From a bacterium (GTDB taxonomy: Bacteria; Babelota; Babeliae; Babelales; JAUWHS01), in assembly GCA_043818275.1 (NCBI GenBank), contig JBDRFY010000078.1, positions 1 to 53,782 on the forward strand: a DNA stretch of 53,782 bases. Direction: 5' to 3'. The stretch's first letter is position 1. Each line of letters opens with the position of its first letter. The translations under genes were made by a program, and so were the position numbers. The notes under the pieces are model-generated. The model made no database searches. It had not been told where the DNA came from and saw nothing but the letters and a program-made list of their open reading frames with translations. Of the stretch, positions 10,317 through 21,224 are shown one piece after another.

Positions 10317-10349
10317 TTATTTATTTTTTAATTTAAATTTTTTTAATGA

Positions 10350-10961
10350 TTATTTTGTTATTTCTAATTCATAGCCGGCATAAATATCAGGATTCAAACC
10401 AACGTGTTCGTAATTAGTTTGCATAAATCCCATTTTTTTATAAAGTTTTATAGCTGGCTCATTTTTTGTTCTAGTAACCAAAGCAATCTTATTAATATTA
10501 TCAACTTTTGAAATAATAGATAAGACCAATTGTTTACCAATTCCGTTTCCCCAACTGTCAGATGATACAGCCTGGTGCTCTATATAATAGACTTCATCCT
10601 CTTCTTTTTCATCTTTTGTAAACATTGCAAAACCGACAATTTTTTCTTCATCCTTTGCGACAACAAAATGAAAATTAGAATCACCAAGTTTTCTAGCAAA
10701 AGTAGTAAAATCTTCTTCAGCTACTTTATTTAAAAATTCATCAACTTTCATTTTTCCGTTTGTAACTTCTATCATTCCATCCGTATAAATTTGACCATAA
10801 GATTTATTAAATGATTCAAGAAATACATCCTTGGCTGCGATTAAATCATTTGAATCAAACGCATTTAACCATTTAAGTTTAATTTCTGCGTTTGTAGACA
10901 AAAAACAAATAAAAGATAAAGCGAAAACTTTAAAAACGTAAGAACTCTGTTTAACTTTCAC
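10350..10961 (-). CDS. GNAT N-acetyltransferase with signal peptide
   Basis: WGNGIGKQL acetyl-CoA motif, NEPAIKLYKKMGF, hydrophobic N-terminal leader; GTG start. Confidence 0.85.
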   Translation of the reverse strand: MKVKQSSYVFKVFALSFICFLSTNAEIKLKWLNAFDSNDLIAAKDVFLESFNKSYGQIYTDGMIEVTNGKMKVDEFLNKVAEEDFTTFARKLGDSNFHFVVAKDEEKIVGFAMFTKDEKEEDEVYYIEHQAVSSDSWGNGIGKQLVLSIISKVDNINKIALVTRTKNEPAIKLYKKMGFMQTNYEHVGLNPDIYAGYELEITK

Positions 10962-11050
10962 AAATATCCCTTTCTTTTTTTCATTACCAACATCTCTAAA
11001 AACATCGAAAGGAATATAAAATGAACAAGTAAAATAAGCAAATATTTTTT

Positions 11051-11695
11051 TTAAATTAAATCTTTAAAATCAACATCTAGTAAAGCGTAATTTTGCCATT
11101 CCGAATCATTAAAATGCCACCATTCATTTTTATATGGTAAAAAACCATTTTCTTTCATAACTTTTTGTAATAAATTACGGTTTTGTTTTTGTTTAACCGT
11201 CAATCCTTTATTGTAAGTTACAGCTGCACGTTCAGTTAAATCATCAAATTTCGTTGGCATCGGTAATTCTTTTCCTGTTTTTAAATCAAATAATGTTACA
11301 TCAACTGAAGCTCCACGATTGTGTTTTGAACCCTTTTTGGGATCAGCCACAAAATTTGTATCTGGAAAAATTTCCCACATTTTTTTCTGTGCAGATAAAG
11401 GTCTGTATGCATCCAAAATTTTCAAACAAAGATCTTTTTTTTCTAGTTCTTTTTGAATTTTATCTAATTTTTCTGCTACATTTTTGCGTAAATAACATTT
11501 TGGGCTTAGATATAAAACCTGTTTTGTAAAGTTATTTTTAGTTGCATAACGCATATCAATTTTGATGTTTGGATTAACTTTGCTCACATCAACCAAATCG
11601 CTAACATCTTTTGAAAATTGAGCATTTCCCTTTAAATAATTTGCAATCAATGTTAAAGCCAAAATCGCCATCAAAATATATTTTGAAACATTCAT
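11051..11695 (-). CDS. ddpX: D-alanyl-D-alanine dipeptidase (M15D, VanX/DdpX)
   Basis: DAYRP, SKHNRGASVD, EWWHF zinc motifs; signal peptide. Confidence 0.92.
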   Translation of the reverse strand: MNVSKYILMAILALTLIANYLKGNAQFSKDVSDLVDVSKVNPNIKIDMRYATKNNFTKQVLYLSPKCYLRKNVAEKLDKIQKELEKKDLCLKILDAYRPLSAQKKMWEIFPDTNFVADPKKGSKHNRGASVDVTLFDLKTGKELPMPTKFDDLTERAAVTYNKGLTVKQKQNRNLLQKVMKENGFLPYKNEWWHFNDSEWQNYALLDVDFKDLI

Positions 11696-12903
11696 TTCTT
11701 CTCCCCTCCAATATTATTTTTCTCTTTTTTATTAATTTCTTCATTAATTTTTTCTTTTCTTAAATCAGAATCATCAAGTCCAACTTTAAACAAAGTTCGC
11801 ATTTCCAAGACCTTTTTTAAATCATTTAAAAAAGAACCAAAATAGACAACCTGTCCTTTCAATTTTTCTCCCGCTTTAATATTATTTAATTCCTTGCCAA
11901 GCAAATCTAAAACAGATATTTTTCTGGTTTTGAAGGGATCAAATCCTGTTACTTCTATAACAAATTTTTTCCCTTTTTCGCCTTTACCTAAATACATTAA
12001 AACATGAGACATTCTGCCCTTTATTTTTTCACTTTCAAAAAAAATCAGATCTCCTGGTTGTAGATATTTTCCAGAAACAATTTTTTCCGAAAATTCAAAT
12101 TGATCGTGCGCATTTCTTGGAACTTCAAAACCATTTGCACGATAAGTCAAGTTTACAAGCGCTGAACAATCCACCCCTGTTTGTTGTTTTTTGTTATTGA
12201 CATCAAAAGAACTTCGACCTCCCCATGAATATGGGGAATCAAGAAAAGATTCTGCTGACAAACAAATATTTTTTCTTGTTACCAAATCCAAACCATAAAT
12301 ATGTTCATCCAAAATAATATTTAAATCTTGTCTTTTTATATAACAAAGCCCAAAAATTGGATAATCAACACATAGCCATTCATTGCTAACAACATGTTTA
12401 CATCTAAATTTTGTACCAATAGATACTGAAAATTCAACACTTTGATCATCAAATGGTAGAGAATAAACAGGAACTAAATGTTTTTTTGTAACCAAATTAT
12501 TGCTTAAAAATTTATCAACTATGCATACATCTTTAAATTGAACATAACCGGTTAAATTACTCCATAGCTTATCTTTAAACTCTTTTTGTTCAGTAACCTC
12601 AACCTTAATCCAGTCGTTATCACAAATGTTATTCCATGTGTTTTTTTCATTCACAAAATCAATAAAAAAAAGCTTATCATTCAAAAGCAATTGTGTGTCC
12701 TGTAATTTATCACCTACATCCCAAACATAGGGACAAAGTAATGGATAATTTACATTTATTCCATTTTTTTTGTATTCCGGAAATTCTGGTTCTGACCTTA
12801 AATCTGCAACCGGAACTTTTACAACCATTTTTATTCGGTTACAATTTAAAAAAGATATAAAAACAGAAAAAAATAAGAATAAAATAGATTTTTTAATCTT
12901 CAT
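11692..12903 (-). CDS. NlpC/P60 (C40) peptidoglycan peptide hydrolase, YkfC-like
   Basis: PYSWGG, GVDCSALV, PRNAHDQ, PGDLIFF, SHV; start at 12903 after a G-rich RBS; overlaps ddpX by 4 nt. Confidence 0.85.
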   Translation of the reverse strand: MKIKKSILFLFFSVFISFLNCNRIKMVVKVPVADLRSEPEFPEYKKNGINVNYPLLCPYVWDVGDKLQDTQLLLNDKLFFIDFVNEKNTWNNICDNDWIKVEVTEQKEFKDKLWSNLTGYVQFKDVCIVDKFLSNNLVTKKHLVPVYSLPFDDQSVEFSVSIGTKFRCKHVVSNEWLCVDYPIFGLCYIKRQDLNIILDEHIYGLDLVTRKNICLSAESFLDSPYSWGGRSSFDVNNKKQQTGVDCSALVNLTYRANGFEVPRNAHDQFEFSEKIVSGKYLQPGDLIFFESEKIKGRMSHVLMYLGKGEKGKKFVIEVTGFDPFKTRKISVLDLLGKELNNIKAGEKLKGQVVYFGSFLNDLKKVLEMRTLFKVGLDDSDLRKEKINEEINKKEKNNIGGEKK

Positions 12904-13028
12904 TATCTTGCCCCCCAGCAATATTAAAAAATTCATCCCTATTTGAAATAATAGTGTAAATTACATTTATATCTCAAGAAAATTGTGATTTAGTTTTTAT
13001 TTTCAAAAATCTATAAAAAGGAAAACAT

Positions 13029-13553
13029 ATGAAAAAAATATTAAAAATATTTTTATTAGTTGCTTTGATTTCCACACAAATAAATTTAAATGCAATGTTT
13101 CAAAATCCAAAAGATATGATATTTTCAGAAGAATCCGAACGCATCCGAACTGATATAATAAACTTCTTTAAACAAATCCTTAATCCAAAAAACTATAACC
13201 CAAATAAATTAACTCCCATATTAAAAAAAGCTTCCCCATGGTTAGTATTTGCAGCACTTTTAGCAGTTGCTTATTCATATGGTCAAGAAGAAGCCGATGA
13301 AGCATTTTGTTGGGATATTTCTGAAATGATTACAAATTACTGTTCAGACACAAAAGGTTTTAATGATATATACAATTGTGTATATGGGCTTTTACTTGAT
13401 GAATTAAAAGAAAAGAAAATTAAATGCACCTATGTCAGATGTATGCAGATGTTACAAAGAGAAGAATTATGGTTATTGTCAAGAGAATTTCGACAAGCAA
13501 TAAAACAATGTATTTTAGATTATTTATTTCGAGAAAAATACAGATACAATTAA
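13029..13553 (+). CDS. hypothetical exported/membrane protein
   Basis: RBS AAGG, signal peptide, one internal hydrophobic helix; no recognised motif. Confidence 0.7.
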   Translation: MKKILKIFLLVALISTQINLNAMFQNPKDMIFSEESERIRTDIINFFKQILNPKNYNPNKLTPILKKASPWLVFAALLAVAYSYGQEEADEAFCWDISEMITNYCSDTKGFNDIYNCVYGLLLDELKEKKIKCTYVRCMQMLQREELWLLSREFRQAIKQCILDYLFREKYRYN

Positions 13554-13560
13554 TTTTTTG

Positions 13561-14310
13561 TTATTTAATCTGCTCAACCAAGTAAAAAGGTATAATTATT
13601 TCTTCATTTCCCTGTTGCAAAACTAATTCACCTGAAGGTAAGACATCATGAAAAAGACCTGAAATTAGAGAACCATCTTTTTGATGAATTTGTATAATTT
13701 TATTTTTATAAAATTGTTTTTCACGCCAAAGATTAAAAATTTGATCAAATTCGCAACTTTTCCATTTTTTATAAAAATCATCAATTGATTTTAAAATTTT
13801 TTCCTGCAATTCATTAATGTCAAAATTTTTGTTTAACGATTGTTTTAAACTGGTCGCTATTTCATAAAGCTCGTCTGTATGTTCAAAAATATTATTAACA
13901 TTTATTGAAAAGCCAACAACTATTCCATGTAATTCACTTCCAGACCAGACAAGTTCAACAATCATACCGCCAACCTTTTTATGTTCTATCATAAAATCAT
14001 TTGGCCATTTTAATTTGACACTATATTTTTCAAGAGCAGATAAAATACCTAATGTAATTGCCATATTTAATTGTGTTAAACGTATTGGCATATCCTGCTT
14101 TGAAATTTGTTTTAAGTCTGGTTTTAATAAAAGAGTAACGACAATTTGGCCACCGTAAAGTTTCCAGCTCCTGCCCTGCCTGCCGTGAGCAGACGTTAAA
14201 TTTTTTACCAGAAAAACGGAACCATCTGGCGATTCATTAATATTTTGTTTTGCCAACGCAACTGAATTTTCTGATTCATCAAATGTATAAATCTTTGATG
14301 GAATACTCAT
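13561..14310 (-). CDS. birA: biotin--[acetyl-CoA carboxylase] ligase, no HTH
   Basis: GRQGRSW, LKWPND, KKVGGMI motifs. Confidence 0.9.
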   Translation of the reverse strand: MSIPSKIYTFDESENSVALAKQNINESPDGSVFLVKNLTSAHGRQGRSWKLYGGQIVVTLLLKPDLKQISKQDMPIRLTQLNMAITLGILSALEKYSVKLKWPNDFMIEHKKVGGMIVELVWSGSELHGIVVGFSINVNNIFEHTDELYEIATSLKQSLNKNFDINELQEKILKSIDDFYKKWKSCEFDQIFNLWREKQFYKNKIIQIHQKDGSLISGLFHDVLPSGELVLQQGNEEIIIPFYLVEQIK

Positions 14311-14762
14311 GCTAACCTTTGCTTTATTTCTCTTTCTGTTTGCCGTTTAATATCACGTTCTTTTAGTTCCCGTTTTTTACCTATCGCTTTTTTGTGTTTT
14401 GCTGTTGCAATTTCGACTTTAATCAAACTTTTTTCAGTTATATAAATTTTTAAAGGAACAATTGTTACACCTTTTTTAGAGACATCACCTATTAATTTAC
14501 TAATTTCACGTTTGTGTAATAAAAGTTTTCGACTACGTCTGGTATTTTTTTCTGCTTTTGAATATGCCTTGGAATAAGGCGCAATATAAAAATTTATAAG
14601 AAAAATTTCACTACCATGAACAGTCGCAAAAGATTCTGATAAAGAAATATGACCGGCCCGAACTGATTTTACTTCATCACCGGTAAGCACGATTCCGGCC
14701 TCATATTTATCTAAAATTTCATAATCATGAAAAGCTTTTTTATTCGTTGCGACAATCTTCAT
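14307..14762 (-). CDS. smpB: SsrA-binding protein
   Basis: NKKAFHDY, EAGIVLTGDEVKS, RKLLLHKREI. Confidence 0.97.
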   Translation of the reverse strand: MKIVATNKKAFHDYEILDKYEAGIVLTGDEVKSVRAGHISLSESFATVHGSEIFLINFYIAPYSKAYSKAEKNTRRSRKLLLHKREISKLIGDVSKKGVTIVPLKIYITEKSLIKVEIATAKHKKAIGKKRELKERDIKRQTEREIKQRLA

Positions 14763-15210
14763 AATTATCTCTATTTTTATTAGCCAGTTTATTAAAAATA
14801 AATCTCATAATTGGGTAACATGATACGGCAAAAAATAAACCTAAAAGATTTCCACCGATTAAAAAAGACCACAAACAAACTTTACCTAAACCCAAAATTT
14901 TGGGGAGTGAAATTATCCAGGTGGGATTCCAACCTAATAAATTATGAACAAACCATAAACCAAAAAAATAATCAAAAGAATAAAATGGAACTATCGTCCA
15001 TGGATTATTTATTGATGTGGCAAAAAATAAAATCGGTAAATTTAAACCAAACCACCATTTTGCAAAAAGCATCATAACAGAATGGACACCCGGAAAAGGA
15101 GAAAAGGCTATAAAAAGACCAATACAAAAAGATTGAGTTAATTTTTCAGGTGTATTTCCGGATTTTAAGGCATTTGTAAAAATTTTTAATATTTTTTCTT
15201 TGTTTATCAT
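14740..15210 (-). CDS. DUF2062-family membrane protein
   Basis: TPEKL..IGLFIAFSPFPG, NNPWTIVPFY pattern. Confidence 0.75.
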   Translation of the reverse strand: MINKEKILKIFTNALKSGNTPEKLTQSFCIGLFIAFSPFPGVHSVMMLFAKWWFGLNLPILFFATSINNPWTIVPFYSFDYFFGLWFVHNLLGWNPTWIISLPKILGLGKVCLWSFLIGGNLLGLFFAVSCYPIMRFIFNKLANKNRDNYEDCRNE

Positions 15211-15310
15211 ACAATCCCAATTATAGTAAAAAGATATTGGCCGGAAAGATTTTTTATTATAACATTAAACATTAATTAAATTTAGCGATAATATTGATGA
15301 AAGGCTAATT

Positions 15311-16132
15311 ATGATTAAAACAATAACAAAATCCATGTTTTTACTAATTTTACCAATATCGATAAATGCTTTAACGGTGCAAGCGGATGGGCCTCAACCA
15401 ATTGATCTGAAAGAACTTCTTGAAAAACACAAAGCGCAACAGGCTCAAAAAAATATCCCAACACCTGAAATTAAAATAAATCCTCCACAAACACCACCTA
15501 AAAACATTGAAATTGAAGTTCCAACATCACCAGAAAAAACAATTTTGCAGGGATTAATTCAGGTATCATCAAAAATAAATAAATTGCCGGAAATCAAACT
15601 TTTATATTCCGGAAACCAGACATTTGTTAATCAGCAAGGTTTTTATTCTTTTCCAATTGAAGATGAAGATTTAAACAAGGTTTATATTTTAATTTGCAAT
15701 CAGATCAATACAAGCTTTGACGGCATAAACACAATTGAAAATTTAAATATCGATCCAAATAAAAAATATCGTTTTTTTTCGTTAAAAAAAATTGAGCTAC
15801 AAGAAAATAAATACCGATGGGAATGGAAAGAAAAAACATTACAAAAAAAAGATTTTGTTATCCCACAAAACTGCATAATTGTTTTAATTAATCCAAAATA
15901 TTTTGAACAACTGGATGAATGGAAAATTCATTTACTGGATAAATTTATAGGGTTGCCTAAAATTGTTTTAAATGAAAACATCACACAAGACAAATTATCA
16001 CGAACAGGAGTAAAATCTCATTTATATACTCTGGATAATCAATATTTTCATGAAACAATAAAACAGGAAAGCAAAGAATTTGAAAACCAGCCTAATGTTA
16101 AAGTTGTTTTGGCAAGGGAAGCGAATTCATGA
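15311..16132 (+). CDS. hypothetical secreted protein
   Basis: Signal peptide and Pro-rich linker; 4-nt overlap with the next gene. Confidence 0.7.
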   Translation: MIKTITKSMFLLILPISINALTVQADGPQPIDLKELLEKHKAQQAQKNIPTPEIKINPPQTPPKNIEIEVPTSPEKTILQGLIQVSSKINKLPEIKLLYSGNQTFVNQQGFYSFPIEDEDLNKVYILICNQINTSFDGINTIENLNIDPNKKYRFFSLKKIELQENKYRWEWKEKTLQKKDFVIPQNCIIVLINPKYFEQLDEWKIHLLDKFIGLPKIVLNENITQDKLSRTGVKSHLYTLDNQYFHETIKQESKEFENQPNVKVVLAREANS

Positions 16133-16671
16133 AAACATATGCCATTCTTGCTCACGATAAAAAGGATTCCTTAAATCATTATCTTTTTACACAAATCACA
16201 AAACATCTTGAATCAAAAAATGTAACAGTTGATAAATTAAATTTATACGATTACGAAAAACAGATCCCTTTTTATTCCCACGACAGAAGTAAGCTTGAAA
16301 AAAATGATTTTTATCAGGAGAACAAACAACGTTTTATGAAATCAGATTCCTTACTTATTGTTTATCCTGTTTATTGGAACACTGTTCCAGGAATCTTAAA
16401 ATGCTGGATAGATTTGATCACCAACTTTGCATGGAAATATGAAGGGGGAGAAAGTGCCAAAGCTTTGCATAAAATAAAAAATGCTTTAGTTGTCAGCACA
16501 ACTTCTGCCCAATTTCCAGAAAATGATCCTATGCTCAATAATTCCGTGCTAAAAAATATGTTTAAATTCATCAGCATTCCAAATTTTCAATTTTATGGCA
16601 TTGGACAAGTTGATTCAATTACAAAAGAAGAAATTCAGGATCATTTAGAAAAAATAAATGACAAAATTTAA
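16129..16671 (+). CDS. flavodoxin-like NAD(P)H oxidoreductase (KefF/MdaB type)
   Basis: AH..SLN and YPVYWNTVPGILKCWID motifs. Confidence 0.85.
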   Translation: MKTYAILAHDKKDSLNHYLFTQITKHLESKNVTVDKLNLYDYEKQIPFYSHDRSKLEKNDFYQENKQRFMKSDSLLIVYPVYWNTVPGILKCWIDLITNFAWKYEGGESAKALHKIKNALVVSTTSAQFPENDPMLNNSVLKNMFKFISIPNFQFYGIGQVDSITKEEIQDHLEKINDKI

Positions 16672-17176
16672 ATTTATTTTTTTTATTATTTTATTTTGCT
16701 TAATTAATTCATCAATGCTAAAAATCAATTGCTGTACAGTTTTGCCTAAAATTAAAAAAATTGAACAAAAAATAATTGTTATTTCAAATAAACTTAATCG
16801 TTTAAATAAAAAAATAAGCATATCCAGTAAATCTGTAGATCCGGAAGAAATTGAACTAATTCAAACTTGCTTAAACATGCGAATTGATCTCATAAAGTTA
16901 TTGAAAGACATAGAAATAAAACACAAGCAATTTCTCATAAAAAAAATTCGCGCAAAGGATATTCACCCCTTTTTATCTGATGTTGACAACTGGCTAGATC
17001 GTTTAAATAAACTAATAGAAAAAATAGAAACAAATTACGATAGATTAATGTATATAAATATAGAAGAAGAAAATTATTTGTCTTTAACCTCAAGAGTTAT
17101 CTTGTTCATAATGCAAGTAATAGAAAGCTTTACATGCTTTTTAAGGGCTAAAGAATTATCTGAAAACATCCAATGA
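16658..17176 (+). CDS. hypothetical helical exported protein
   Basis: Overlaps the upstream gene, hydrophobic leader, coiled-coil character. Confidence 0.55.
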   Translation: MTKFKFIFFIILFCLINSSMLKINCCTVLPKIKKIEQKIIVISNKLNRLNKKISISSKSVDPEEIELIQTCLNMRIDLIKLLKDIEIKHKQFLIKKIRAKDIHPFLSDVDNWLDRLNKLIEKIETNYDRLMYINIEEENYLSLTSRVILFIMQVIESFTCFLRAKELSENIQ

Positions 17177-18205
17177 TAAATCTGAAAACTGATTTTTTTC
17201 TGCTTTATATCCACCAACAAAAGCAACCATTGCAGCATTATCACCACAAAATTTGCATGCGGGGGAAACAAACCATTTTTTGTTTTGTTCACACAAATAT
17301 TTAAGTTCATTTTTTAAATATTTATTGCAGGCAACACCACCAACAAAAGTAAATCCTTTTACTTCAGGATATTTTTTAAATGCATTTTCTAAAACATCAC
17401 AAAAAATATCTTTGATGCAAACCAACAAAGAGCTGGAAACTTTCTGTTGTAGATCAGAATTTATGTTTTCTTCAATTGGACCAGTTTGTAAATCGTATGC
17501 GCCCTTCTTAACCAAATCATAAAGGACTGCCGTTTTAAGGCCTGAAAAACTAAATTTTAAATCTTTAGCTAACTTTTTAGATCTTGGATAATCAAAAAAA
17601 TCCTGAAAATCAACCTGTGTGGCTAATTGTTCTATTTTAGCACCTCCGGGATAACCAAGCCCGATAATTTTTGCAATCTTATCAAAAGCTTCCCCGGCAG
17701 CATCATCTAAAGTTTGTCCCACAAGTTTATATTTCCCAAAATCTTCAACTAAATAAATTGCTGTATGCCCACCGGAAACAGATAAACATAAATGTGGAAA
17801 ACTAATATTTTTGTTAATTGAAAAATCATCATTTAAAAAAGAAGAAAAAATGTGCGCTTCAAGATGATCAACCGCTACCAATTTTTTATTTTTCGACCAT
17901 GCAATTGCTTTTGCAAAACAAAGACCAACTAAAAGAGACCCAACCAACCCTGGTTTATTTGTAACAGCAACAACATCAATTTCATCTAATGTTTTATCAG
18001 CTTGCTTTAACGCTTGTTCAACGATTATATCTATTTTTTCTAAATGAGAACGAGATGCAATCTCTGGAACCACACCTCCATAAATTTCATGCAATTTAAC
18101 TTGAGAAAATAATTGATTTGATAAAAGTTGTTTTTTAGCCTCATCGTAAACAGCTGCTGCTGTTTCGTCACAAGATGTTTCTATCGCTAATATTATTGAC
18201 GACAT
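17156..18205 (-). CDS. tsaD: tRNA t6A synthase TsaD
   Basis: IETSCDET, GGVVPEIASRSH, HLEAH, SGGHT, DDAAGEAFDK, DNAAM. Confidence 0.97.
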   Translation of the reverse strand: MSSIILAIETSCDETAAAVYDEAKKQLLSNQLFSQVKLHEIYGGVVPEIASRSHLEKIDIIVEQALKQADKTLDEIDVVAVTNKPGLVGSLLVGLCFAKAIAWSKNKKLVAVDHLEAHIFSSFLNDDFSINKNISFPHLCLSVSGGHTAIYLVEDFGKYKLVGQTLDDAAGEAFDKIAKIIGLGYPGGAKIEQLATQVDFQDFFDYPRSKKLAKDLKFSFSGLKTAVLYDLVKKGAYDLQTGPIEENINSDLQQKVSSSLLVCIKDIFCDVLENAFKKYPEVKGFTFVGGVACNKYLKNELKYLCEQNKKWFVSPACKFCGDNAAMVAFVGGYKAEKNQFSDLSLDVFR

Positions 18206-18220
18206 AATTTTAACCCTTCT

Positions 18221-18248
18221 ACCCTTCGACTACGCTCAGGGTGAGCGG
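18221..18248 (+). repeat. palindromic repeat, intergenic rho-tsaD
   Basis: ACCCTTCGACTACGCTCAGGGTGAGCGG, closely matching the copies at 26441 and 52417. Confidence 0.9.
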
Positions 18249-18257
18249 GTGTTTGGA

Positions 18258-19745
18258 TTATTTTTTCTTATTCATTAATTCCCAAAACTCTTCATTTGTT
18301 TTCGTTTGGCGCATTTTATCTATCAGAAATTCCATACCTTCAATTGTATTCATTGTTGTAAGGAATTTTTGCAATACCCACATATTTTTTACTGCCTCTG
18401 GATCAAGAAGCAATTCTTCTCTACGTGTACCAGATTGTTCTAAATCAAATGCAGGATAAATTCTTCGGTTTGCAAGTTTTCTTGAAAGATGTATTTCCAT
18501 GTTACCGGTTCCTTTAAACTCTTCAAAAATAACATCATCCATTTTAGAACCAGTTTCTACTAATGCTGTCGCAATAATAGTCAATGAACCACCCTCTTCA
18601 ACATTTCTAGCAGCTCCAAAAAATCTTTTTGGTCTTTGCAATGCACTTGCGTCAATACCACCACTAAGAACTTTTCCTGTTGCAGGAGCTAAGGTATTGT
18701 ATGCCCGGGCAAGTCGGGTTAGAGAATCAAGCAAAATTACAACATCTTTTCCACATTCAACCAAACGTTTTGCTTTTTCTAAAACAATCTCTGCTACCTG
18801 AACATGACGTATTGCATACTCGTCAAAAGTAGAACTTATAACTTCCGCGTTAACAGATCTTTGCATATCAGTTACTTCTTCTGGACGTTCGTCGATAAGC
18901 AAAATTATCATTATAATTTCTGGATTATTATTAATAATTGTGTTTGCTATTTCTTTTAAAAGAGTTGTTTTTCCGGTTTTTGGCTGAGCAACAATCATAC
19001 CACGTTGCCCTTTTCCAACTGGTGTAAGCATATCCATTATTCTTGTCGAAATAACAGAAGGATCTCCCTGTAAATTAAATTTTTCATTCGGAAAAATAGG
19101 TGTTAAATTTTCAAAAACGGTTTTTTTATAAGCCATTGATGGTGTTTGATAATTAACAAACTCAACTCTTTGCAAAGCAAAATATTTTTCACCCTCTTTT
19201 GGTTTTCTTAACGTTCCCTTAACAAGATCTCCTGTACGAAGTCCAAAACGTTTTATATGAATAGGAGAAACATAAATATCATCCGGACCTGGAACATAAT
19301 TAAATTTTGCAGATCTTAAAAAACCAAAACCATCAGGAAGACGCTCTAAAACTCCTTCACCAAAAATTTCAACTTTTTTCTCTGATTGTAATTCCAGAAT
19401 TTTAAAAATTATTTCTTGTTTTTTTAATGAACTAACATCATGAATGCCCAAATTTTGCGCATATTTAATTAGATCGGTAATGTTCATATCCTTTAATTCT
19501 TTAACATCAATAGAAACCTTAGGAGTATCATTACCCGCATTTGTATTGCCGTTTGACACATCGCCCCCATTTACATTATTTTTTTCAATAAATTTTCTAT
19601 CGTAATTTCTTTTAACTTCTTTTCTGTCAATTGATTCTTTTTTTATATGCTTAGAAGCATTAGTTTTTTTAGACAAAGAAGAATCTGTTTTTTTTTCTTC
19701 ATTTGTTTTTATTATTTCTTCTACAATATCTTTATTTTTAACCAT
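18258..19745 (-). CDS. rho: transcription termination factor Rho with N-terminal extension
   Basis: [41 protein letters not shown]. Confidence 0.98.
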   Translation of the reverse strand: MVKNKDIVEEIIKTNEEKKTDSSLSKKTNASKHIKKESIDRKEVKRNYDRKFIEKNNVNGGDVSNGNTNAGNDTPKVSIDVKELKDMNITDLIKYAQNLGIHDVSSLKKQEIIFKILELQSEKKVEIFGEGVLERLPDGFGFLRSAKFNYVPGPDDIYVSPIHIKRFGLRTGDLVKGTLRKPKEGEKYFALQRVEFVNYQTPSMAYKKTVFENLTPIFPNEKFNLQGDPSVISTRIMDMLTPVGKGQRGMIVAQPKTGKTTLLKEIANTIINNNPEIIMIILLIDERPEEVTDMQRSVNAEVISSTFDEYAIRHVQVAEIVLEKAKRLVECGKDVVILLDSLTRLARAYNTLAPATGKVLSGGIDASALQRPKRFFGAARNVEEGGSLTIIATALVETGSKMDDVIFEEFKGTGNMEIHLSRKLANRRIYPAFDLEQSGTRREELLLDPEAVKNMWVLQKFLTTMNTIEGMEFLIDKMRQTKTNEEFWELMNKKK

Positions 19746-19917
19746 AATCTAAATACTTACGCTAATAAATAAAAGTTAATAAAATACCCCTAAACAAATT
19801 CTTCAGAATAATTAAAAATGAAAAAATTATAATTCTGATTGCTTACTTATTAATAAGTTAATAAGAACAGGTTATTAAATTTTTCACAAAGATTAGTACT
19901 AACTAATTATTAATAAA

Positions 19918-20814
19918 TTAATTGCCTGCTTTTTCTTTTACCCCACCCAACAACATCATTACAGGACTCGCAATATAAATTGATGAATATGTTCCAAAAA
20001 TTATACCTAAAAGCATAACCAAGGAAAAACTATGCAAAGTTTCTCCACCTAAAATAAAAATAGAACCCACAGCTAACAACGTTGAAAAACTTGTTAATAA
20101 AGTTCTTTTTAATGTCTGATTAAGACTTGTGTTAACAACCTTTTGCAAAGAAACACCATGCATTTTTGTCAAATTTTCTCTTATGCGGCTGTAAATAACA
20201 ATTGTATCATTCAACGAATAACCAAGAATAGCCAGAATTGCCGCCAAAACATTTAAGGAAATTGGCTCTCCTAAAAACAAAATCATAACCAAAACAACTA
20301 AAATATCATGCATCAGAGCAACAACAGCTCCCATTGCAAAATTATATTTATATCTTATCGCAATATATAAAAGAAGAATTAATAAAGAAAGAAGTACAGC
20401 CTTAATAGCGGCCCATTGCATCCCTTTTCCAACTTCAGCCCCAACCCATTCAATATTTTCAACTTTCATTTTGTTGTCCGGAATTTCCAGTTTAATATCA
20501 GAGCTAAATTTATTTTCCAGATCCCCAACATCCTTTAATTGCGTGATTCCAACTTTTACAATGTATTCTTTATCTGAATTTGCAATATTTTGAATAACAG
20601 AATCTTCCCAACCTTGCTTACTCAAAGCAGCCCGAAATTTATCAATAGCTACAGGATTCTGAAAAACCACCCTAATTTCAGCGCCACCGGAAAAATCGAT
20701 ATTATATTTAAAACCGCCCTTTGCAAAATAACCAAAAACACCTGCTACTAACAATATAACTGATGCTGTCAACGCAAAATAACGATATTTTAAGAAATCA
20801 ATAGAAAATTGCAT
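19918..20814 (-). CDS. secF: protein translocase subunit SecF
   Basis: IDFSGG, GYSLNDTIVIYSRIREN, GTYSSIYIA; ATG at 20814 after GGAG. Confidence 0.95.
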   Translation of the reverse strand: MQFSIDFLKYRYFALTASVILLVAGVFGYFAKGGFKYNIDFSGGAEIRVVFQNPVAIDKFRAALSKQGWEDSVIQNIANSDKEYIVKVGITQLKDVGDLENKFSSDIKLEIPDNKMKVENIEWVGAEVGKGMQWAAIKAVLLSLLILLLYIAIRYKYNFAMGAVVALMHDILVVLVMILFLGEPISLNVLAAILAILGYSLNDTIVIYSRIRENLTKMHGVSLQKVVNTSLNQTLKRTLLTSFSTLLAVGSIFILGGETLHSFSLVMLLGIIFGTYSSIYIASPVMMLLGGVKEKAGN

Positions 20815-20841
20815 TACCACTCCATTAAGAATTTAAATTTA

Positions 20842-21102
20842 TTATTGATTTGTTGAGATAACAGAAACATAAGTTCTTTTTTTTAAACCTTTATGAAATT
20901 TTACAAAGCCATTCAACAAAGAGAATAAAGTATCATCTCCGCCCCTCTTAACTCCAGACCCTGGATGAATCTTAGTTCCTCTCTGACGAATTAATATCTC
21001 ACCTTTTTTAACAAACTGTCCACCGAAACGTTTACAACCTAGTCGTTTACTTTGACTATCGCGGCCATTTCCCGTAGAACCACCACTTTTACTCGTTGCC
21101 AT
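20842..21102 (-). CDS. rpmA: 50S ribosomal protein L27
   Basis: [29 protein letters not shown]. Confidence 0.97.
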   Translation of the reverse strand: MATSKSGGSTGNGRDSQSKRLGCKRFGGQFVKKGEILIRQRGTKIHPGSGVKRGGDDTLFSLLNGFVKFHKGLKKRTYVSVISTNQ

Positions 21103-21224
21103 GGTTAACCCTTACGACTTACAATCTTAAAACATTTAAAGAAACCATTTACAGATTACCTTGAACTCTCCTTTATTAGATTAACAGGGATTATTTTGCC
21201 CTGATTTTTAGTAAAAGTCAAAAA

